DNA of 53,838 nt from a virus. Its lineage: Duplodnaviria > Caudoviricetes. This document shows, piece after piece, positions 46,163 to 53,777 of this stretch. Each line of letters starts with the position of its first letter. The stretch's first letter is position 1. A program made the translations under genes and the position numbers. The notes below the pieces were generated by a model. It saw only the letters and a program-made list of their open reading frames with translations, did not search any database and was not told the origin of the DNA. The DNA is taken from positions 1 to 53,838 of the IMG/VR virus record IMGVR_UViG_3300025425_000025, one strand, 5' to 3'.

Positions 46163-48298
46163 TTATGCGTTTGCATTACCGGCAGCATTACTACCGCCAT
46201 TATCTCCACCACCACTACCAGAGAAACCAGCAGCACCTGGTTCAGGGGCAGCACCGGGAGCTATATTACCCCCGCCATTGCCTGTAGGATCAGAAGGATT
46301 AGGGGTACTCATATTGCCCTGTCCACCTTGTCCTTGTTGTTGTGGTTGTATACCCATAGCATCATTCATCTTTTTTAATAGATGAGCTTGGATAGCTGCT
46401 TCTCTAGGATCATTAACAACCTTATCTTCTTCAAGATCAAGAGTAATAGCAAGCTCACGAAGTAGATAGTCTCTCTTAACAAACGGCGCATCCATAGGAG
46501 TAGCTGTAAGTTGTAAGAACTGTAGAAGCTTTTGGCTTCTTACTTCATTACGCATTAGGCTTTCAGTACCCTTTGCAATGATAGCTAGATCACCAATAGT
46601 ATCCTTATCATAGTTGAATTGCATATTAAACGCAAACGAATCTTTACCTAGAGGTAGAAGAATATAATCATCAACATTACGAACTACTGCTTTAATATTC
46701 AAACTAGCAGCACCCATAAGCATACTCATACCGGCAGCAGTACGGCCCATACCTTGAACACCAGTACCACCATGAGCATATGACGGCATACCAGTTGATT
46801 CGTCTGTTAGTTGTCTTGCCTTCTCATACACTTGAAGAAGTTCATTTGTAACAGTAGGGAACTTTACTCCATGAACTGACTGTCCAACTTGACCACCTTG
46901 TCTTCTGAAAATCTTACCGGGATAAATACGCATATCTTGACCGGGAACTAGATTAGTTTCGTCAATATCAAATACTAGGCTTGCTGATAGTGCGAGATTA
47001 TCAATAGCCATACGCATAGTGCCGTTCATAAGCCTCTGTGTATCAACCATATTCTCAGCAACACCAATACCAAAGAATGAATATGGATTCATTTCATATG
47101 GGCAAGCATGATACGGAATTCTTGTAGGAGTAAACGGATTAAGAACTAATCTAATAGTTTGTCCATTACATACCCATACATTAACTTGGAACTCTTCAGA
47201 ATCTTCTAACTCTTCAGGAATTTCAATCTCTGTATCTTCAAAGATAGTTCTGTCCATAACTCCCCAATATTCTAGAACTTCATAACTCTCATTTGATACC
47301 ATTGACTCATTGTCATCTAGAATTGACTCCCATGTTTCAGGTGAGTAATTAGGACCACGATCAATAGCAGCATCAATACTTGAATTTCTAAAATGAGGTC
47401 TACGCTTTAATTCTCTAAGCTTAGATTTACTCATCTTATGACGTTCTACAACATATTCAGCTTCAGCCATATTCTTAGCTTCTGCATCAGGGTAGAAATT
47501 CCAAATACTACATGAAGAAATCTTGGGTACTCTCTTTTTAATTGGAGTGTACTTACCTTCCTCATCCCATTTAGGATAATCTTTATTAGTTACGAATGGA
47601 CCTTTAATAACACCATGTCCAAATAGAGATAATTCAAAAGCCATGAATCTTAAATGTGTACTGGCTTCTGATTCTTCTAATTGATCATGGATTTGCTTTT
47701 CCATTTTCCTAGCAGCAATACGCACAGGTTCCCACGTAGCCGATGACGGGGTTAGCCCTACGCCCTCTTTGAGACTGTCTGTAATGCGCGAGAGAGTCTT
47801 GCGTAGTGACCCTAGCTGTGGACGGGCCATAGACGCTCTAGGGGCTTCCTCTTTGTCCCCTGTCTGGTCTTTAGGATCAAACATAACGTTGTCTGGCGTG
47901 TCGCCAATACTGACAGGAGTAGGTTCAACACCAATAGGGAATTTCCCACCAGCAAATAGCACATCTACTACTTGAGCATATGCAGCTAGAACTTTAGTCT
48001 TAGTAACCTTAATGAAAGCTCTAGACTTCTCTTCTTCACTGAATTGAACTTCAGGACTATAGCGACCACGATAATTACGATAGGCTTCTAGCCAACGATG
48101 TTCATCAGGTTCTCTTCTAGTTCGTGATCTATTGAATCGTTCATTAACGTATTCTACAATCTGATCCAGACGATATACGTTTTCTTCAGGATTTTTTTCT
48201 TCTTCTAAAGATATAGAATGATCCTCAGTAGAAGGAACAGATGTTTCTGCCCCCTCTTGATTATCCGCTCCTGAAGTTTTGTCTGTTATAAATGCCAT
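46163..48298 (-). CDS. portal protein
   Basis: WLEAYRNYRG.Y...TKTKVLAAY...FYPD...FFGIGV...RMAIDN...RTAAGMSMLM; follows terminase. Confidence 0.9.
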   Translation of the reverse strand: MAFITDKTSGADNQEGAETSVPSTEDHSISLEEEKNPEENVYRLDQIVEYVNERFNRSRTRREPDEHRWLEAYRNYRGRYSPEVQFSEEEKSRAFIKVTKTKVLAAYAQVVDVLFAGGKFPIGVEPTPVSIGDTPDNVMFDPKDQTGDKEEAPRASMARPQLGSLRKTLSRITDSLKEGVGLTPSSATWEPVRIAARKMEKQIHDQLEESEASTHLRFMAFELSLFGHGVIKGPFVTNKDYPKWDEEGKYTPIKKRVPKISSCSIWNFYPDAEAKNMAEAEYVVERHKMSKSKLRELKRRPHFRNSSIDAAIDRGPNYSPETWESILDDNESMVSNESYEVLEYWGVMDRTIFEDTEIEIPEELEDSEEFQVNVWVCNGQTIRLVLNPFTPTRIPYHACPYEMNPYSFFGIGVAENMVDTQRLMNGTMRMAIDNLALSASLVFDIDETNLVPGQDMRIYPGKIFRRQGGQVGQSVHGVKFPTVTNELLQVYEKARQLTDESTGMPSYAHGGTGVQGMGRTAAGMSMLMGAASLNIKAVVRNVDDYILLPLGKDSFAFNMQFNYDKDTIGDLAIIAKGTESLMRNEVRSQKLLQFLQLTATPMDAPFVKRDYLLRELAITLDLEEDKVVNDPREAAIQAHLLKKMNDAMGIQPQQQGQGGQGNMSTPNPSDPTGNGGGNIAPGAAPEPGAAGFSGSGGGDNGGSNAAGNANA

Positions 48299-50230
48299 TT
48301 AGTATCCCATTGTTGGGTCTGATGGACGGTAGGTTTGTCCAAAATCCATTCCACCAAAGTCAAAAGGTGAGATTGCTCTAGGTCGAGTCATTATACCATA
48401 CCTTAAAGCATCATACGTATGATCGCTTAAATACCTATCGTCAATATCTTCTTTTCCATCAGGATGAGAAGGCAACATAGGAAGGTCAGTAATTAGTTGT
48501 CTGCATGTATTGAATATCTTTATTCCGGGCTCATTAATTATTTCGTTGTAGTCATTAGTTCCTACGTCTCTCACACGTAATAGTTCATGAAGTCGATTCT
48601 TTCCATTAGTCCTAGAACCAGCACCACGATCAGAAGGACGCCATCTACAACCTCTAGCAATCATTTCTTCAGCAATAGAAGGTCCAGTTTGACCTCTTTG
48701 ATGCCATACAGAACTATCCATAACTCCATACTGCATGTGTTCACCAGCTTCTAGCTCAAGAATCATATCAGCTAGTTGAGCGCCAGTCTTTCTAGTAACA
48801 TACAACTCTCTATATAATATCAGAGTTTCATACACCGGGTCAATAGCAAACCACAAAACAGCAGCATTACTTGAATAACCATAGTCACAACTTCTAAATC
48901 GTTTCCATGATGATGGAATAGTGAAAGGCTCTATAACATGTACAGATTGTTTAAATTCACTAAATGCCGCACCTTCAACCATATTCCAGTCACCTTCAAG
49001 AAGTTGTCTTCTCTGAGCTTCAGGTAGGGATAGTAGCGAGGCTTCATATCTTCCATCAGCATATAGATATGGATTATCACTTAGCTTAGCAGGTATGAAA
49101 CGTCTTTGAAATAGTGGCGCATTAGGATGAATAGGATGATCAGGAGGATATCTTAGTATATTACCAGTATCAGTATCAGTCGCATAAAATGCTTCTCCCC
49201 AAGGAGCAGGATCAATAAACATTTTCTTAATCCATGTGCCCCCAACACCACCGGGGTTAGCTGTAGCTCTTTGACTAAGAGGAATGTTTGAATCAGTAGA
49301 ACGTAGTCTAGAACGCATATAGTTCCAAGTGTAGGGGCTTGCCCAATGTCCTAGTTCATCAAATCCAATCCAAGTAAAAGCCTGTCCCTGATATCTCTCA
49401 ACGTCTTCATCACGATCAAGATACGTCATCCATAGTTGTGCGCCACTAGGGAATACCCATGATGACGTTTGTTCTTTCCACTTTGCACCGGGAAAGGCTC
49501 TAGGATATATTAGACGAGACTTTTGTTTTAGTTCTCTAAGTTCGTCATTTGTCTTTCTGAATAGGATAGCATTACAACTAGGACTATTGAAATATCTCAT
49601 AGGGTCAGCTAACATAGCGTAGGATTTACCTCCACCAGCAGCGCCACCATATAGTACTTCTTGTTCAGGTGCAGCTAGGAAATCAGTTTGAGGACCACTA
49701 TTAGGTTTGAATACTACATCAAGATCACTATCATCTTTAGGTTCAGCAGGGATAGAATACTCAGATGCTTTAACTTGATCATCAGCAGTAGTAATAGCCT
49801 CTTCAAGATTCTTAGTACGAATGGATAAAGAACGCTTAGCACCAGATACCTTATCTTTAAGCTTCTTTAACTGTTGTTCTTCTTTCGTTCTTGAAACACG
49901 TCTATTCTTACTTTTTTCTTTTAGTAAGGCTGCCCGTTCATTACCGGCAATACCTTTTCTATGCTTCTCCCAAATCACTTTGATACCCTGGTGAGATATA
50001 GGCTTACCACCAATTGCAGGAGAGCGATCAGAATACCAATCAGCTACAGATCGAAAGGAATTACCCTGATCTACAAAATCCATAGCCTCTTCTAGAAGTT
50101 CAATTACTCTAAGATCAGGGACGAATACTTTTGTATTTTTATCGTCTTTTGTATAACCATGCGGCGTTCTAGCTGTTAGGTTTATTCGTGGAATATTATC
50201 CCATGTGTCTTTTGGAGTAAATTTAGGCAA
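48299..50230 (-). CDS. terL: terminase large subunit with N-terminal HTH/coiled-coil extension
   Basis: LYGGAAGGGKS, WIGFDE, ATANPGG, DNPYL, LLEGDW, DYG, DHTYDALRY; TTG start with AAGGA RBS. Confidence 0.92.
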   Translation of the reverse strand: MPKFTPKDTWDNIPRINLTARTPHGYTKDDKNTKVFVPDLRVIELLEEAMDFVDQGNSFRSVADWYSDRSPAIGGKPISHQGIKVIWEKHRKGIAGNERAALLKEKSKNRRVSRTKEEQQLKKLKDKVSGAKRSLSIRTKNLEEAITTADDQVKASEYSIPAEPKDDSDLDVVFKPNSGPQTDFLAAPEQEVLYGGAAGGGKSYAMLADPMRYFNSPSCNAILFRKTNDELRELKQKSRLIYPRAFPGAKWKEQTSSWVFPSGAQLWMTYLDRDEDVERYQGQAFTWIGFDELGHWASPYTWNYMRSRLRSTDSNIPLSQRATANPGGVGGTWIKKMFIDPAPWGEAFYATDTDTGNILRYPPDHPIHPNAPLFQRRFIPAKLSDNPYLYADGRYEASLLSLPEAQRRQLLEGDWNMVEGAAFSEFKQSVHVIEPFTIPSSWKRFRSCDYGYSSNAAVLWFAIDPVYETLILYRELYVTRKTGAQLADMILELEAGEHMQYGVMDSSVWHQRGQTGPSIAEEMIARGCRWRPSDRGAGSRTNGKNRLHELLRVRDVGTNDYNEIINEPGIKIFNTCRQLITDLPMLPSHPDGKEDIDDRYLSDHTYDALRYGIMTRPRAISPFDFGGMDFGQTYRPSDPTMGY

Positions 50231-50295
50231 ACTGTATTCCTTTTAAGTATACCAAATGATAACAGATATTTAGCTACTTGTAAAGTAAGACAAAC

Positions 50296-50333
50296 AAAAA
50301 AAATCCCCAAGGCCAATTAAGACCAAGGGGATA
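50296..50333 (-). terminator. intrinsic terminator downstream of tRNA array
   Basis: ATCCCC/GGGGAT stem followed by long U-run on - strand. Confidence 0.75.
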
Positions 50334-50357
50334 TAAGTTTAGTGACAACGGTTTATT

Positions 50358-50684
50358 TATAGATTCTCTAGAAACGTCCTAAATAAAGGCTTATTGTCCT
50401 TCATAAGAGTTGTTAATCCAGGTTGATAATCTAGATACAACTTCTTCTTCTGTATCCTTTTCCTTAATTCTAAATAGCGCGTATAATGCATGTAACATTT
50501 CATGGATAATAGTATCTACATTATCTGACTCATGATGATGACGTACCCATTCTATCTTATTTAGTATTTCATAATGGTTTCCATATGACTCCATATCAAT
50601 AATGGCTGAAGGTTCTGTTCGTTCTACAAGATCATATGTCTTATGAAGTATTTTAATGTGTTTTGGGTATGTTACTTTAGTCAA
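50358..50684 (-). pseudogene. HExxH phage protein with 1-nt frameshift near 3' end
   Basis: IIHEMLHA; after VVSRLST the expected GLTTLMKDNKPLFRTFLENL* is in a shifted frame. Confidence 0.55.
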
Positions 50685-50701
50685 TAAATTATAACTCCAT
50701 T

Positions 50702-50777
50702 TGGTGCTAAGAGTAGGATTCGAACCTACAGCGCGTAATGCTTCAAACTACCGTTCTACCATTGGAACTATCTTAGC
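50702..50777 (-). tRNA. tRNA-Phe(GAA)
   Basis: Cloverleaf, loop TTGAAGC, TTCGAAT T-loop, encoded CCA. Confidence 0.9.
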
Positions 50778-50787
50778 TAATATTCTT

Positions 50788-50841
50788 TTAACCATGACGA
50801 CCAGCAAGATTAGAACCAAATACTAATATATGAGTAATCAT
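50788..50841 (-). pseudogene. 17-aa remnant MITHILVFGSNLAGRHG*
   Basis: VFGSNLAGRHG is the N-terminal motif of a widespread phage protein family; truncated by TAA. Confidence 0.55.
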
Positions 50842-51005
50842 TATGTGACCCTTATATCCTTACTACGAATATACTCATCTTCATTTAGATGTATTACAAC
50901 CATAGTTGAAGCTATAGCTGCTGATAGGCTATCTGCATTTACTTTAATATACCTATCGAATTTATGTGTGCTATATAAATAGATTGGAATTGTATATGTA
51001 TTCAT
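50841..51005 (-). CDS. small hypothetical protein (54 aa) between tRNAs
   Basis: Read manually; TAATG-coupled to remnant. Confidence 0.45.
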   Translation of the reverse strand: MNTYTIPIYLYSTHKFDRYIKVNADSLSAAIASTMVVIHLNEDEYIRSKDIRVT

Positions 51006-51022
51006 ATAGTCTATCTTTCATT

Positions 51023-51098
51023 TGGAGCCGGAACAAGGAATCGAACCCTGATCAACTGATTACAAAACAGTGGTAATAGGCCATTATACTACACCGGC
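51023..51098 (-). tRNA. tRNA-Thr(TGT)
   Basis: GCCGG acceptor, loop TTTGTAA, CCA. Confidence 0.85.
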
Positions 51099-51103
51099 AA
51101 AAT

Positions 51104-51175
51104 TGGATCGGGGAGTAGGGGTCGAACCTACGCTTAGAGGGTCAAGGCCTCTTTGTCTACCATTAACACCCCCGA
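51104..51175 (-). tRNA. tRNA-Gln(TTG), atypical (short D-arm, C33)
   Basis: Stem AGAGG/CCTCT, loop CCTTGAC, CCA; 72 nt. Confidence 0.65.
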
Positions 51176-51394
51176 TTAAGTCTCTGATACTATCCTATTA
51201 ATTATATATACAAAACCAAGTATGACAGTAGAAAAGAATAGAAGAAATCCTAAGTTAGCGAATACATATATACCAAATGTCATTGATGTACTAAAGAAAA
51301 CAAAACTGAATATTCCTGATATTATTGTCAATGATGTTATATTCTTAGAAAGCCATGTTCCAAAATCTGGAAGATCAGGTAACTTACTATTCAT
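51176..51394 (-). CDS. small membrane protein
   Basis: AGGAG RBS; two hydrophobic segments. Confidence 0.6.
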   Translation of the reverse strand: MNSKLPDLPDFGTWLSKNITSLTIISGIFSFVFFSTSMTFGIYVFANLGFLLFFSTVILGFVYIINRIVSET

Positions 51395-51409
51395 TTCTAC
51401 TCCTATATT

Positions 51410-51485
51410 TGGTAGTCACACTACGATTCGAACGTAGATCGAGGTTCTTATGAGGAACCGGCATTAGCCATTATGCTATGTGACT
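51410..51485 (-). tRNA. tRNA-Met or Ile2 (CAT), elongator type
   Basis: Loop CTCATAA, paired 1-72, no GGG/CCC initiator stem, CCA. Confidence 0.85.
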
Positions 51486-51734
51486 TTCTTTTAATAAAGA
51501 ATATGATTTCTAATATGCATTCCGTATCTATGCAATGAATTGTATATGTCCTTGGCATCTTTTTCAGAATCGAATACTAGTCTAGTAATATCATAGTCAA
51601 TAATAGGTATACCTTCTATCTCACCAGCATTATCCCAATATCCATCTAAATTATCATTAGATAAAGCCTACACCACCTCTAGACACTACAGTATCTTTTT
51701 CTCTTAATTCATCTATTTACTTCCATTCATAATT

Positions 51735-51809
51735 TGGTTGATCCTGAGAATTTCGAAATCTCGACTTTCAGTATGTAACACTGACACTCTGCCTCTGAGT
51801 TAAGGATCA
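51735..51809 (-). tRNA. tRNA-Val(TAC)
   Basis: Stem TCAGT/ACTGA, loop GTTACAT, CCA. Confidence 0.85.
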
Positions 51810-51810
51810 A

Positions 51811-51887
51811 TGGTGGAATCGGTGAGAATCGAACTCACTACAGTATGCTTGCAAAGCACTCTCGCTACCCTTAGTACATGCGACCCC
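51811..51887 (-). tRNA. tRNA-Ala(TGC)
   Basis: G3-U70 pair, loop TTTGCAA, CCA. Confidence 0.85.
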
Positions 51888-51894
51888 ATTTGTT

Positions 51895-51983
51895 TGGCGG
51901 TTAGGGTAGGATTCGAACCCACGGAACATTACGTTCGTCTGCTTTCAAAACAGGTGCCTTAAGCCAGACTCGGCCACCTAACC
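51895..51983 (-). tRNA. tRNA-Ser(TGA)
   Basis: Long variable arm, G73, loop TTTGAAA, CCA. Confidence 0.88.
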
Positions 51984-51997
51984 ATTATTATCTTACT

Positions 51998-52072
51998 TGG
52001 CATAGGGTGTAGGATTCGAACCCACATCATACGGGATTGGAAGCCGGTATTTTGCCATTAAACTAACCCTAC
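51998..52072 (-). tRNA. tRNA-Trp(CCA)
   Basis: Loop TTCCAAT, G73, weak anticodon stem, CCA. Confidence 0.75.
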
Positions 52073-52079
52073 AGATTAT

Positions 52080-52161
52080 TGGAGTCTAGCGTAGATTATC
52101 GCATCTACATTCAGATGGGGGAACGTTTCTTTTCCCTTCTAGTACCTATACCAAACTAGAC
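52080..52161 (-). ncRNA. tRNA-like element with acceptor stem and CCA but no canonical anticodon or T loop
   Basis: GTCTAGT/GCTAGAC-T-CCA; GTAGAT/ATCTAC stem; GGGAA/TTCCC stem. Confidence 0.55.
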
Positions 52162-52268
52162 ATATATGGTAGTTGTGATACGTCTACGGTCCATCCTAGG
52201 CCTACATACATATTTAGAGTATTTTCTAAATCATAAGCATTTGAGTGATGTATTACCATATACTTCAT
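52146..52268 (-). CDS. small hypothetical protein (40 aa)
   Basis: TAAGGT RBS; MKYMVIHHSNAYDLENTLNMYVGLGW... Confidence 0.45.
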   Translation of the reverse strand: MKYMVIHHSNAYDLENTLNMYVGLGWTVDVSQLPYMSSLV

Positions 52269-52288
52269 AGTTAATATTACCTTATGTA

Positions 52289-52362
52289 TGGCGGATCATA
52301 CGGGACTCGAACCCGTTTCACAGACTAGACAGGTGAGTGTAATACCTATATACTAATGATCC
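52289..52362 (-). tRNA. tRNA-Asp(GTC)
   Basis: GGA acceptor start, G73, loop CTGTCTA, mismatched anticodon stem, CCA. Confidence 0.78.
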
Positions 52363-52593
52363 AGTAGTACCTTTCGTCTCTTTAATTATTCAAATGATTA
52401 TTCTAATTAATTTTCTTCATAGCCATAGGAATTCCACCTTCAACTTTACTACGTTCAATTCTATCGTAGTTCGTACCCCAAGTCAATGATGAATTCAAAG
52501 CCTGTTCGTCTTTTGAAGGCAAATCCCATTCATTAAATTTACCTTTATACAAATCATAAGCCTTAATGGTCTGCATGATATCTACTTTCTAAT

Positions 52594-52678
52594 TGGTGTT
52601 CCTGATAGGACTCGAACCTACAAAGCTACGGCTTCTAAGACCGCATAGTATACCAATTCCTAACTAAGCCACAGGAAC
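52594..52678 (-). tRNA. tRNA-Leu(TAG), non-canonical fold
   Basis: Loop CTTAGAA, A73, Leu-type D-loop, 9-nt acceptor-D linker, short variable region. Confidence 0.8.
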
Positions 52679-52685
52679 GTTAATT

Positions 52686-52770
52686 TGGTGTCTAACCGGG
52701 GACTCGAACCCCGAAAGCTACCGGGCTTAAACCGGCATAGTGTGCCCATTCCTAATTAAGCCAGTTAGAC
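52686..52770 (-). tRNA. tRNA-Leu(TAA), non-canonical fold
   Basis: Loop TTTAAGC, A73, same 9-nt linker and short variable region. Confidence 0.8.
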
Positions 52771-52816
52771 GATTGTTTGTTTATACATCAAAAGTAATAA
52801 TTACTTCTCTTTTGTT

Positions 52817-52894
52817 TGGCTGACTCTGTAGGCATCGAACCTACCTAAATACTGCTTAACAGGCAGTCGCGTACACCTTGTTCGCCTAGAGCCA
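52817..52894 (-). tRNA. tRNA-Asn(GTT)
   Basis: Stem ACTGC/GCAGT, loop CTGTTAA, G73, CCA. Confidence 0.87.
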
Positions 52895-53098
52895 TTATAG
52901 TTCTTTCCATTCCACTTCTGAATATACCACTTTAGCATCCACACCGTGTTTTTTAAGATTAGTTACAATACTTTTTGGTCCAGTAAGAGAAATGTATATT
53001 TTTTCTTTTCCATCACTACGTTGTTCATACCATCGTCTAGATACAGAACCTTTTCTAATTTCACCGTTTATAACAACTGTGTATACTTTAGCAAGCAT
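52895..53098 (-). CDS. small hypothetical protein between tRNAs
   Basis: AAGGTG RBS; ends SEVEWKEL like neighbour 53195 ORF (SEVEWEVV). Confidence 0.55.
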   Translation of the reverse strand: MLAKVYTVVINGEIRKGSVSRRWYEQRSDGKEKIYISLTGPKSIVTNLKKHGVDAKVVYSEVEWKEL

Positions 53099-53113
53099 TA
53101 TGCACCTTAAATT

Positions 53114-53188
53114 TGGAGTGCCGGGTGGGATTCGAACCCACGTCTTATGGTTTAAAAGACCAACGCTAAACCTCTCAGCTACCGGCGC
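53114..53188 (-). tRNA. tRNA-Lys(TTT)
   Basis: Loop CTTTTAA, canonical T arm, CCA. Confidence 0.87.
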
Positions 53189-53194
53189 ATTAAT

Positions 53195-53371
53195 TTAGAC
53201 TACTTCCCATTCTACTTCAGATTGAACGGTTTCATATTCTTCATTAGAAATATGATTTTGAGCATTTCTAGCCGCTCTTGCATCATTCAATCTATAATAA
53301 AAAGGATTAGAAGTGTTATATTTAGTAACTAATCTTTTAGTTTCTTTATTTCTAACTGCATATACTAACAT
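53195..53371 (-). CDS. small hypothetical protein between tRNAs
   Basis: MLVYAVRNKETK...; track start overlaps a tRNA so was shortened. Confidence 0.55.
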   Translation of the reverse strand: MLVYAVRNKETKRLVTKYNTSNPFYYRLNDARAARNAQNHISNEEYETVQSEVEWEVV

Positions 53372-53387
53372 AGTGTATACCCAAATT

Positions 53388-53464
53388 TGGAAGACCAACC
53401 GAGATTCGAACTCGGACAACACGACTTAAGAGGACGTTGCTCTACCATTTGAAGCTATTGGTCT
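53388..53464 (-). tRNA. tRNA-Lys(CTT)
   Basis: Loop CTCTTAA, canonical D/T arms, CCA. Confidence 0.85.
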
Positions 53465-53777
53465 ATTGTGTATTACGTATCTTACGATTATCAAAAATCT
53501 CTTTTAGCTTATTAAGCTTTTGTTCATCGGTATCAAGAACCCATTTATCTTGACCATCATATGCGTCTCTCTTAGACGGATCAAATACTGCCCAGATATC
53601 ATAGAACGTATTATTGTATGCTCTGATAGCACTTTCCATAGAGTTACCATGCTGTTGTACTCTTTCAATAGTAGCCTTAAGACCACTAAAATCACTAGTC
53701 TCAACCATTGTTCTCATGGAATCTAACTCATCACATAGAACCTTATTCAATTCCAGAACTAGAGTAACTTTAGCCAT
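53463..53777 (-). CDS. hypothetical protein
   Basis: AGGA RBS; 104 aa. Confidence 0.6.
   Translation of the reverse strand: MAKVTLVLELNKVLCDELDSMRTMVETSDFSGLKATIERVQQHGNSMESAIRAYNNTFYDIWAVFDPSKRDAYDGQDKWVLDTDEQKLNKLKEIFDNRKIRNTQ

Noticed and set aside
52163-52262. TATATGGTA/TACCATATA inverted repeat suggesting a second ncRNA
   Set aside because: Lies within a plausible 40-aa ORF with RBS; AT-rich 9-bp match could be chance
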